25,876 bases of DNA from Nitrospinota bacterium (lineage in GTDB: Bacteria; 2-12-FULL-45-22; JACOWJ01), in the NCBI GenBank assembly GCA_016176845.1, contig JACOWJ010000016.1, positions 1 to 25,876 on the forward strand, given 5' to 3'. Position numbers and translations under genes: made by a program. Shown here one piece after another: positions 7,316-14,796 of this stretch. Each line of letters opens with the position of its first letter. Position 1 is the first letter of the stretch. The notes below the pieces were generated by a model. It saw only the letters and a program-made list of their open reading frames with translations, ran no database searches and was not told where the DNA came from.

Positions 7316-7618
7316 ATGCCGAGGATCATCCCTACAGATCGCCATACATTAGATGAAGTTGCCCAGGCCGTGGTCATGGGGGAGCGGGGCTTGGGGCATG
7401 AGTTGGACCGGATCGCTGACGATATGGCCAGGTTGATGCTGAATCGGTTGGCGGCATCTGGTGCCCCTGGCTTTCATCGGGTTGCGCGAGAGCAATGGTA
7501 CGCCCCCCGCCACTGGCAGGCCATCTCAGCGCGTTACAGCGCTGATATGCTGAAGGCGATTCTGTCGCGGGTGGACAAATACCTGGCGGCCTTCGCGCAG
7601 AAGGCAAAGGATGCATGA
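7316..7618 (+). CDS. Small protein of about 100 aa, translationally coupled to the downstream nucleotidyltransferase. It is a putative antitoxin or partner. The start codon is uncertain.
   Basis: The TGA stop at 7616-7618 overlaps the ATG of the next ORF at 7611. No recognisable domain was found. Upstream of the start lies a 9-bp tandem direct repeat, ggtttcgag x2 (7286-7303). The protein is MPRIIPTDRHTLDEVAQAVVMGERGLGHELDRIADDMARLMLNRL... Confidence 0.4.
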   Translation: MPRIIPTDRHTLDEVAQAVVMGERGLGHELDRIADDMARLMLNRLAASGAPGFHRVAREQWYAPRHWQAISARYSADMLKAILSRVDKYLAAFAQKAKDA

Positions 7619-8243
7619 GCTTCGTAGCGATGACATGGATGCCTTCTTCCGCGCGTTGGCGAGGAAATTGCCCTGTCGCGTGAAAATTATTGTGACCGGA
7701 GGGGCAGAAGGGCTGCTCCTGGGCTCGACGCGCCCCACCCGCGACATTGACTTCGGCATCCTCCTCCGCGCGGGTCCTGACGAGCAGGCAGCCACCTGGG
7801 AGGCAGTCGAATCTGCCATCATGGAGGCGGCGGAAGAAACGGGCGTAACCGCACAATATGCCCAGGACATCGACCGCTGGTCGTCCGTTGCGGTCCCCCG
7901 ATATGACCTCCACACGCGGTTCTACCGGCGATTCGGGTGTGCCTATGTCCATCTGTTGGAACCAGCGTATTGGGCGGTTTACAAGCTGGCACGCTATCTG
8001 GACGCGGACGTTGCAGATTTGATCGCGGTGTTACGGACGCAGGGAGTGCCACCACGACAACTAGCCAAAGTGTGTGGGAAGGCGTTGCGCTCCAGCCCGC
8101 GATCATCCTCATTATTCCTGTTTCGCCGGCATGTGGAACACTTTTTCCGCGAGCACGGTCCGGCCATTTGGGGTCAAGGCTTTGACCCTTGTCGGGCGAT
8201 CGCCGCTTTTCACCATGCAGCGGGGATCCAGGAGCGGCCCTGA
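7611..8243 (+). CDS. AbiEii/DUF1814-like nucleotidyltransferase, a toxin-like component of a type IV TA or Abi-like module.
   Basis: The N-terminal motif IIVTGGAEGLLLGSTRPTRDIDFGILL matches the AbiEii hallmark GGxAxxLxxGxxRxTxDIDF (a pol-beta NTase GS...DxD signature). It also contains RRFGCAYVH (R-x6-H). Confidence 0.5.
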   Translation: MHELRSDDMDAFFRALARKLPCRVKIIVTGGAEGLLLGSTRPTRDIDFGILLRAGPDEQAATWEAVESAIMEAAEETGVTAQYAQDIDRWSSVAVPRYDLHTRFYRRFGCAYVHLLEPAYWAVYKLARYLDADVADLIAVLRTQGVPPRQLAKVCGKALRSSPRSSSLFLFRRHVEHFFREHGPAIWGQGFDPCRAIAAFHHAAGIQERP

Positions 8244-8694
8244 TCAACTATCCATTTACCAAATGGAAGCCCATGTCGGTCAGGATGATCATTTTTTGTG
8301 CCTTCTCAATAAATCGGGGCACAACCGAAAATTCCTCCGGAAGACTTCATATTTTTTCAATGGGTTAGGGGTAGAGGTTAATCGAGTTGCCCCGGATTTT
8401 TGAGAAGATACGAAGAAAGTGTAAATAAGGGAGAAATAACTCAAGAGGCAAAAGAAGGCAAATCAATCGCAAGAAAGTCGATAGTAAAATAAAGCCAAAG
8501 AGGAAAGAAAGAAAAGAAAAACTCGGCCTAACGACGTAATGGCAGCCGCGGCAACCTTTTCCCGGACGGTTGGCTCTCTCCCTGTCACATCTTGCTTTAG
8601 GGTCAGTAGTTCCTGCACGGTCGCTTCCAACCTTTTCTCACTGCCGAGAAAGCAGGTCCCATGAGGCCGAAGTGAATCTGCGAAAGAGAATCGA

Positions 8695-9084
8695 GTGCCC
8701 GACAAGAGCTTGAAAGACAGGATTGCCATCGTAGGCATCGGGGAAACCGAATTTGTCAGGGCTTCTGAGAAGAGCCTGGAAGAGCTCGTCATGGAGGCCG
8801 TTCTCAAGGCGATTGAGGATGCAGGCCTCTCGGTGCAGGAAGTCGATGGTCTGGTCACCGATGCCACCATCATGTGGCCGCGGATTAAAGCGGAAGATGT
8901 GGGTCGCAACCTGGGAATAGCGCATCGCACGTTCTCCGCCTGTATGTCGCTCGGGGGCGCGGGGGTAGTGGGTGCTCCCCTGCTGGCGGCTGCCGCGATT
9001 GACCAGGGTCTGGCCAGGAACATCGTGTGCTACTTCGGGGTTGACTGGGGCTCGGCGTCCGGGTATCTCGAAAGGAGGGATCGA
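8695..9084 (+). pseudogene. N-terminal fragment of about 125 aa of a thiolase-like (SCP-x/BbsB-type) protein. It lies in frame directly upstream of the AKR gene.
   Basis: [50 protein letters not shown]...[43 protein letters not shown] is thiolase N-domain-like. The remaining approximately 260 aa of a thiolase are absent. Confidence 0.5.
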
Positions 9085-10071
9085 ATGCGACGCGCAAGCT
9101 TGGGGACGAAGGGGCTTACGGTATCCGCGATCGGGCTGGGCTGCATGGGGATGTCACAGTCCTATGGCAAGGCCGATCTTGCCGAGTCCGAACGGACGCT
9201 GCGTCGAGCGGTGGAGCTGGGGATCGACTTTTTCGATACGGCAGACGGCTATGGCTGGGGACACAACGAGCAACTGGTCGGACGGGTGCTCGGCTCGATC
9301 CGCCATGAACTGAAGATTGCCACCAAGTTTGGCATGGTGCGATTGCCGGGGGGCAAACGGAGCGTCAACGGTCGGCCGGAGTATGTGCGGCAAGCGTGTG
9401 ATGCCAGCCTTTCGCGGCTCGGGATGGAGGTGATCGATCTCTACTACCTGCACCGCAAGGACCCGCAGGTAGAGATCGAAGAGACGGTCGGCGCCATGGC
9501 GGAGCTCGTCACGGCGGGCAAGGTCCGGTATCTCGGATTGTCGGAAGTTTCTGCCGCGACGCTGCGCAGGGCCTGCGCCGTGCACCCCATTGCAGCGGTG
9601 CAAAGCGAATACTCCCTCTGGACACGGGACCCGGAATCCGGGGTGCTGCCGGCCTGTCGCGAGCTGGGGGTGGGGTTTGTGCCGTTCAGCCCGTTGGGCC
9701 GCGCGATACTGACCGGCCGCCTGGTATCGACCGAGGGCCTGGACGAGCAAGACATGCGGCGCACCATGCCGCGGTTTCAAGGGGAGAACTTCGAGAAGAA
9801 CCGGGAGCTGGTCGCCCGCGTCTCGGCCCTGGCAGAGCAGAAAGGCTGTACGGCGGGTCAGCTGGCGCTGGCCTGGCTGCTGGCGCAGGGCGACGACATC
9901 GCCCCGATCCCCGGCACCAAGCGCGTCCGCTATCTGGAGGAGAACGCCGCGGCGGTGGACGTGGTGCTGTCGGCGCAGGAAGTGGCGCACCTGAGCGAAC
10001 TGATGGCGCCCGGGGTGGTGTCGGGTGCCCGTTACGCCCCGGAAGGCATGTCCTTGCTGGATCGGGATTGA
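9085..10071 (+). CDS. Aldo/keto reductase (AKR) family oxidoreductase of 328 aa.
   Basis: [69 protein letters not shown]...[44 protein letters not shown] lies 6 nt upstream of the ATG at 9085. Confidence 0.85.
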   Translation: MRRASLGTKGLTVSAIGLGCMGMSQSYGKADLAESERTLRRAVELGIDFFDTADGYGWGHNEQLVGRVLGSIRHELKIATKFGMVRLPGGKRSVNGRPEYVRQACDASLSRLGMEVIDLYYLHRKDPQVEIEETVGAMAELVTAGKVRYLGLSEVSAATLRRACAVHPIAAVQSEYSLWTRDPESGVLPACRELGVGFVPFSPLGRAILTGRLVSTEGLDEQDMRRTMPRFQGENFEKNRELVARVSALAEQKGCTAGQLALAWLLAQGDDIAPIPGTKRVRYLEENAAAVDVVLSAQEVAHLSELMAPGVVSGARYAPEGMSLLDRD

Positions 10072-10207
10072 CCTGGAGATGGGGCGGCATGGGGGCTTCC
10101 ATATCGATGGAACCTCACCCTCTCCGCTTCGACTGGCATTCGAGGCCGCCCGGCCATTCCCGGGCCCTTCGACCATTTTCGCACGAGGAGGCAACCGCTT
10201 GCGACCT

Positions 10208-10378
10208 GTGAGCGCTTCGAGACATTCGCCCATCGGCATCCTGGGGGCCATGCCCGAGGAGACCGAACCCTTCCTGGAGACCCTGGAGGGGAGCCAATCG
10301 CAGCCAGAGGGGAGGTTCCGGTTCCACCGGGGGACCTACGGGGACCGGGAGGCCATCGAGTGCTATGAGCTCCCCTGA
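10208..10378 (+). pseudogene. N-terminal fragment of about 50 aa of a PNP_UDP_1-family nucleosidase (MTA/SAH nucleosidase or futalosine hydrolase-like). It is truncated at the TAGGG element.
   Basis: SPIGILGAMPEETEPFLETLEGSQSQPEGRFRFHRGTYGDREAIEC fits the Pfs/MtnN N-terminus (IGIIGAMxEE...G..F..G...G.EV). A stop follows, and then the repeat begins at 10399. Confidence 0.45.
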
Positions 10379-10398
10379 GAGGAATCTTAAAATGATCC

Positions 10399-10503
10399 AG
10401 TTAGGGGCTAGGGATTAGGGACTAGGGGCTAGTGAAGAAGAATTGTTGCTAACACTTAGCCCCTAGCCCCTCAACAATGGAAATTCCTATGCGATAGATT
10501 TAT
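10399..10503 (+). repeat. TAGGG-type palindromic repeat element, copy 2, full length.
   Basis: agttaggggctagggattagggactaggggctagtgaagaagaattgttgctaacacttagcccctagcccctcaacaatggaaattcctatgcgatagatttat. It has tandem TTAGGGN heptamers on the left arm, with their complement on the right arm. Confidence 0.7.
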
Positions 10504-10538
10504 CAGGCGGCCTGGCGTTGCGTGGACCAGAAAGGAGG

Positions 10539-11936
10539 ATGGAAGTGACCCATTCGGCGAAAGCAAAGGGAGGAGCGGCGGTGCTCCTCCTGCTCGCCTG
10601 CCTCCTCTTCACCTTGGAGGCGAGGGCCGGCATGGACGAGCGCGTGGTGGAGACGGTCCTCTCCAACGGCATGAAGGTGATCCTCCTGGAGAACCACAAG
10701 GCTCCCATGCTCACCTTCCAGGTATGGTACCGTTTGGGCTCCCGGAACGAGGTATGGGGCAAGACGGGCCTCTCTCATATGCTCGAACATATGATGTTCA
10801 AAGGAACCCAGAAGATCGGCCCCGAGGAATTCTCCCGCATCATCCAAGAACAGGGGGGAGTGAACAACGCCTTCACCTCGCAGGATCTTACCGCCTACTT
10901 TGAGAACCTCAGCGCAGATCGGGTCGACGTGGCGATCGAGCTGGAGGCGGACCGGATGCGGAATCTCCTCCTCCGAGAGTCGGACTTCCGCACGGAGCGC
11001 ATGGTGGTGATGGAGGAGCGGAGGCTTCGCACGGAGGACAGCCCCAAGGCCTATCTCTCGGAGCAGGTAGAGGCCACGGCGTTTCAGACATCGCCCTATC
11101 ACTGGCCCGTCATCGGCTGGATGCGGGACCTGGCCGATTTGACCCTGGAGGACCTGAAGGCTTACTACCAGGCCCATTACAACCCCAGCAACGCCTTCCT
11201 GGTGGTCGTGGGAGACTTCAAGAAAGAGGCGCTCCTGCCGAAGATCGAGCAGGCCTTCGGAGCCCATTCCTCGGGGACGGCGCCCAACCAGGAGAAAAAC
11301 GTTGATCCCCCTCAGCTCGGAGAGCGCAGGGTCGTGGTGCAGAAGGAGGCACGGCTCCCCTTCCTGGTGATGGGCTATCATGTCCCCAACCTGCGAGAGC
11401 CGGATAGCTACGTGCTGGAGCTGATCGCTGCCCTTCTCGCCAAAGGGAAAAGCTCCCGGCTTTACCAGTCCCTCGTCCGGGAGAAGCGACTTGCGCTGGA
11501 TGTTGCGGCCGACCATTCCCTGCTCTCCCGGGACCCCAATCTCTTCTCTTTTACTGCCACCCCGCTTCCCGGCAAAGAGGCGGCTGAGGTGGAGCGGGCT
11601 CTGGACGAGGAGATCGCGCGGCTCCAGCGGGAGCCCGTGGGGAAGTACGAACTGGAAAAGGCAAAGAACCAGCTCGAGGCCGCCTTTATCTCCGGACAGG
11701 ACGCGATCTTCAAGCAGGCCATGCTCCTGGCCCAGCACGAGATCGCGCTCGGCTGGAAGGCGATCGACCAGTACCTCCCTTCCATCCGGAAGGTCTCTCC
11801 CGAGGAGATCCAGCGGGTGGCGAGCCGCTACCTGATCCCCCAGAACCGCACCGTGGGGGTCCTCGTACCCCTGCCACCCAAAGAGGAGAAAGCTCCGCAG
11901 CCCGGATCTCCCGTCCAAAAACAACCTGTCAGGTAA
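10539..11936 (+). CDS. M16 (insulinase/pitrilysin) family zinc peptidase, the catalytic subunit, with an N-terminal signal peptide. An alternative GTG start lies at 10545.
   Basis: HMLEHMMFKGT is the inverted zincin HxxEH motif. Signal-like sequence is AAVLLLLACLLFTLEARA. GGAGG lies upstream. Confidence 0.85.
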   Translation: MEVTHSAKAKGGAAVLLLLACLLFTLEARAGMDERVVETVLSNGMKVILLENHKAPMLTFQVWYRLGSRNEVWGKTGLSHMLEHMMFKGTQKIGPEEFSRIIQEQGGVNNAFTSQDLTAYFENLSADRVDVAIELEADRMRNLLLRESDFRTERMVVMEERRLRTEDSPKAYLSEQVEATAFQTSPYHWPVIGWMRDLADLTLEDLKAYYQAHYNPSNAFLVVVGDFKKEALLPKIEQAFGAHSSGTAPNQEKNVDPPQLGERRVVVQKEARLPFLVMGYHVPNLREPDSYVLELIAALLAKGKSSRLYQSLVREKRLALDVAADHSLLSRDPNLFSFTATPLPGKEAAEVERALDEEIARLQREPVGKYELEKAKNQLEAAFISGQDAIFKQAMLLAQHEIALGWKAIDQYLPSIRKVSPEEIQRVASRYLIPQNRTVGVLVPLPPKEEKAPQPGSPVQKQPVR

Positions 11937-11945
11937 GGAGACCGC

Positions 11946-13361
11946 ATGTTCTTTGTTAGCACATCCCCCCCATTATGGCCGGGACAACCCGGGAAGAAAC
12001 CGGCCCGGAGGTTCCCGTTCCTCAGGAGCCCAAGATTCTCATCCCTTATTGGATTCCTCGTCTATGTCATGCTTGGACTGGGGCTGCTGGAGCGCACCGC
12101 TCTGGCCATACCACCCGTGCAGCGAACGATCCTTCCCAATCAGCTGGTCCTCCTCGTGAGCGAGGAGCACTCCTTGCCCCTCGTTACCCTTCAGCTTCTG
12201 GTGGACGCAGGATCCTGGAGAGATCCTCAAGGAAAGGAGGGGCTGGCCTACGTGACGGCCAACGGGCTCCTCTTGGGGACCTCAAAGCACAGGGCCACGG
12301 TATTGAACGAACTGCTCGATTTCATCGGGGCTTCCCTGGACGCCTCGGGGGGAAGGGATTATGCCACGCTGAGCCTCCAAATCCTGAAAAAGGACCTGGA
12401 TCAGGGACTCGATCTCTTCCTGGAGGCGCTCACCCAACCCACCTTCCCGGAGGAGGAGATCCGTCGGGAGATCGAGAAGACGCTGGGGAGCATCCAGGCT
12501 GCTGAGGATCAACCCACGGCCGTTGCGACCAAGGCGTTCCAGAAGGCCCTCTTTCCCTCCGGTCCTTATGACCATCCCGTCGAAGGGACCCGGGACTCCC
12601 TCCCCAAACTCAGCCGTGAACTGCTCGTGGACTTTTACAGGACCTATTACCATCCCAACAACGCCATCCTGGCCGTGGTGGGAGATATCACCCTGGAGGA
12701 GGCCCAGGCCAAGCTCCTCCTTCGGCTGACCGCCTGGCCCCAGGGCAAGATCCCCAAGTCTACGGTCAACCCTCAATTCGCTCAGGGACCTGAAAAGATC
12801 CAGATCGACCGGCCGATCACCCAGGCCAACATCATGATCGGGCATGGGGGGATCAGCCGGGAGAACCCGGACTATTACGCGCTCACCGTCATGAATTACA
12901 TCCTGGGGGGCGGGGGCTTCGCCTCCCGGTTGGTGGAGGAGATCCGGAGCGCGCGGGGACTGGCCTACTCGGTGAGAAGCAGCTTCGATCCGGGCAGGTA
13001 CCCGGGGCCCTTCCAGATCGTCCTGCAGACGAAAAATGCGTCCGCCCGCGAGGCGATCTCCCTCGCCCTGCAGCAGATGGAGCGTCTGCAGAAAGAGATG
13101 GTCTCGGACAAAGAGCTGGAGGGAGCCAAGAAATATCTTGTCGGCAGCTTCCCCTTACGGCTGGGCACCCAAGCCAATCTGGCCGGCCTTCTCGTTCAGG
13201 TCGAATACTACGGCTTGGGCCTGGACTATCCTGAGAGGTACCCCTCCCTCATCCGCTCCGTCACCCGAGAGGACGTGCTGCGAGTCGCGCGAACCTATCT
13301 CCACCCGGAAAGCTGCATCCTGGTCGTTGTGGCCAACCTGAAGGAGGCCAAGCTGGACTAG
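11946..13361 (+). CDS. M16 family peptidase partner subunit. It lacks HxxEH and is probably the non-catalytic member of the pair.
   Basis: The fold and length match the upstream M16 gene, but there is no HxxEH. AAGGAG lies 6 nt upstream of the ATG. The N-terminus is hydrophobic. Confidence 0.75.
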   Translation: MFFVSTSPPLWPGQPGKKPARRFPFLRSPRFSSLIGFLVYVMLGLGLLERTALAIPPVQRTILPNQLVLLVSEEHSLPLVTLQLLVDAGSWRDPQGKEGLAYVTANGLLLGTSKHRATVLNELLDFIGASLDASGGRDYATLSLQILKKDLDQGLDLFLEALTQPTFPEEEIRREIEKTLGSIQAAEDQPTAVATKAFQKALFPSGPYDHPVEGTRDSLPKLSRELLVDFYRTYYHPNNAILAVVGDITLEEAQAKLLLRLTAWPQGKIPKSTVNPQFAQGPEKIQIDRPITQANIMIGHGGISRENPDYYALTVMNYILGGGGFASRLVEEIRSARGLAYSVRSSFDPGRYPGPFQIVLQTKNASAREAISLALQQMERLQKEMVSDKELEGAKKYLVGSFPLRLGTQANLAGLLVQVEYYGLGLDYPERYPSLIRSVTREDVLRVARTYLHPESCILVVVANLKEAKLD

Positions 13362-13482
13362 TACAGCTTGGCGCAAGTTTCTCGCTGGGATTGCGAGAAG
13401 GCCCTCGCCAAGGCCCGAGAGATCTTCCCCAAGGGGCAGGGGGGATGGATAGGTTGGGTCAAATAAGGAGTTGCAAACCCCC

Positions 13483-13511
13483 TTGACTTTCTCCACCTCC
13501 TGCGATATTAT
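13483..13511 (+). promoter_or_regulatory. Sigma70-like promoter candidate: TTGACT, a 17-nt spacer, then TATTAT. It lies about 400 bp upstream of the activase gene.
   Basis: The -35 hexamer is at 13483-13488, the spacer is ttctccacctcctgcga, and the -10 hexamer is at 13506-13511. Confidence 0.4.
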
Positions 13512-13765
13512 GCGCCCATAACCTGCTGCCTCATGTACCGCCTATTTTTCTGCCAGCCTCACTGACGCCAGTTGGCAATACCTTCCGGACGCTTCTCATT
13601 CCGATTCGCATCTGGGGCCGCTCAGCCAGAGAGACTTCGATATTTTTGCAGTAAGTTCTCGCACATGCTCGTTAAAGACCCATGGGGAGGGCCTTCGGGC
13701 GCCTTTATTCGTCATCCCAGGGCGGGTTACGAGCTTGTGGAGCCGGGTTAGACCCAACGGCTTTC

Positions 13766-13866
13766 ATTCGTGTCAACTTAAGGTTTAGTCCTGGGAGCGC
13801 GGCCATCCTGGCCGCTCCTTGCGGGCGGGGGCGCCCGCGTTCCCAGGGGTTAAGTTGACCCGAATA
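13766..13866 (+). mobile_element. MITE-like 101-bp element, copy C. It is flanked by an 11-bp direct repeat CAACGGCTTTC (13755-13765 and 13867-13877).
   Basis: attcgtgtcaacttaagg...ggggttaagttgacccgaata, with the same TIRs and length as copies A and B. Confidence 0.8.
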
Positions 13867-13913
13867 CAACGGCTTTCAACTTACAACGCTCAAAGCATGA
13901 GGAGGGTCAGAAG

Positions 13914-14702
13914 ATGATCGTGGCTGGCTGTGATTGTGGCTCAACGACGGGCAAGGTGGTAATCATGAAGGATTCCCAGATCATCGGCACCAGTTGCGTG
14001 CCTTCGACCACGGTTTGCGAAAGGACGGCCATCAACTCGATGGAGGCAGCCCTGAAGGAGGCCGGGATCAAGCTGGAAGAGATCGAGTTTTGCGTGGGCA
14101 CCGGCTATGGCCGGGTGAACATCCCCTTCGCCCAGAAGAATATCACGGAGATCTCCTGCCACGGCCTGGGGGCCAGTTGGGTGAACAACGCCGTGCGGAC
14201 GGTCATCGACATCGGGGGACAGGACTGCAAGGTCATCCGGGTGGATGCCCAGGGGTTGGTCAAGGACTTCGTGATGAACGATAAGTGCGCGGCCGGGACG
14301 GGCCGGTTCCTGGAGACGATGTGTAAGATCCTGTATGTGGAACTGGAGAATTTGGGGCCCCTCTCCCTCCAGGGCGAAAAGGTCCTGGAGGTGAGCAGCC
14401 AGTGCAGCGTCTTCGCCGAGGCGGAGATCACGACGCTGATGGCCGAGAAGAAGCCTACCGCGGACATCTGCGCCGGTCTGAACATGTCGGTGGCCAACCG
14501 CCTGATCTCGATGCTCTACCGGGTTGGGGTAGAACCTCAGGTGATCATCGCCGGAGGGGTCTCCAAGAACGTGGGCGTGGTCAAGATGATCGAGGACAAG
14601 CTGGGAATGCCCCTGGCGTCCTCCGCCGTGGACCCGCAGCTCCTTGGGGCCGTGGGGGCGGCTCTCTTCGCCGCCAGGATCCTGGAGAAAAAGAAAAAAT
14701 AG
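13914..14702 (+). CDS. BadF/BadG/BcrA/BcrD-type ATPase. It is a CoA-substrate-specific enzyme activase, an HgdC-like electron-transfer activator (archerase).
   Basis: MIVAGCDCGSTTGKVVIMKD...ISCHGLGASWVNNAVRTVIDIGGQDCKVIRVDAQG...MNDKCAAGTGRFLE...IIAGGVSKN...LGAVGAALFA is collinear with HgdC-type activators at about 260 aa. GGAGGG lies 7 nt upstream of the ATG. Confidence 0.85.
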   Translation: MIVAGCDCGSTTGKVVIMKDSQIIGTSCVPSTTVCERTAINSMEAALKEAGIKLEEIEFCVGTGYGRVNIPFAQKNITEISCHGLGASWVNNAVRTVIDIGGQDCKVIRVDAQGLVKDFVMNDKCAAGTGRFLETMCKILYVELENLGPLSLQGEKVLEVSSQCSVFAEAEITTLMAEKKPTADICAGLNMSVANRLISMLYRVGVEPQVIIAGGVSKNVGVVKMIEDKLGMPLASSAVDPQLLGAVGAALFAARILEKKKK

Positions 14703-14745
14703 GTTGGCTCCCCTGGAGGGCGGGCGGGAAAATCCCCGATGGATT

Positions 14746-14778
14746 TAGTGCTTAGCGGCATTAATTCGCGTATACAAA
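14746..14778. promoter_or_regulatory. Conserved 33-bp motif, copy 2. It lies between the activase and the MFS transporter gene.
   Basis: tagtgcttagcggcattaattcgcgtatacaaa; see the entry for 4946-4978. Confidence 0.4.
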
Positions 14779-14796
14779 AAGGGGGAGGGTAGGGAA

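Noticed and set aside
9154-10251. A 365-aa minus-strand ORF antisense to the aldo/keto reductase. The same applies to 10503..11924 (minus) antisense to the M16 peptidase, 15148..15585 and 16196..17095 (minus) antisense to the MFS and DUF1329-like genes, and 19542..20216 (minus) antisense to gpsA.
   Set aside because: Each lies opposite a gene with strong family-level support. The proteins are Arg/Gly/Pro/His-rich with no motifs. These are classic GC-rich antisense ORFs.
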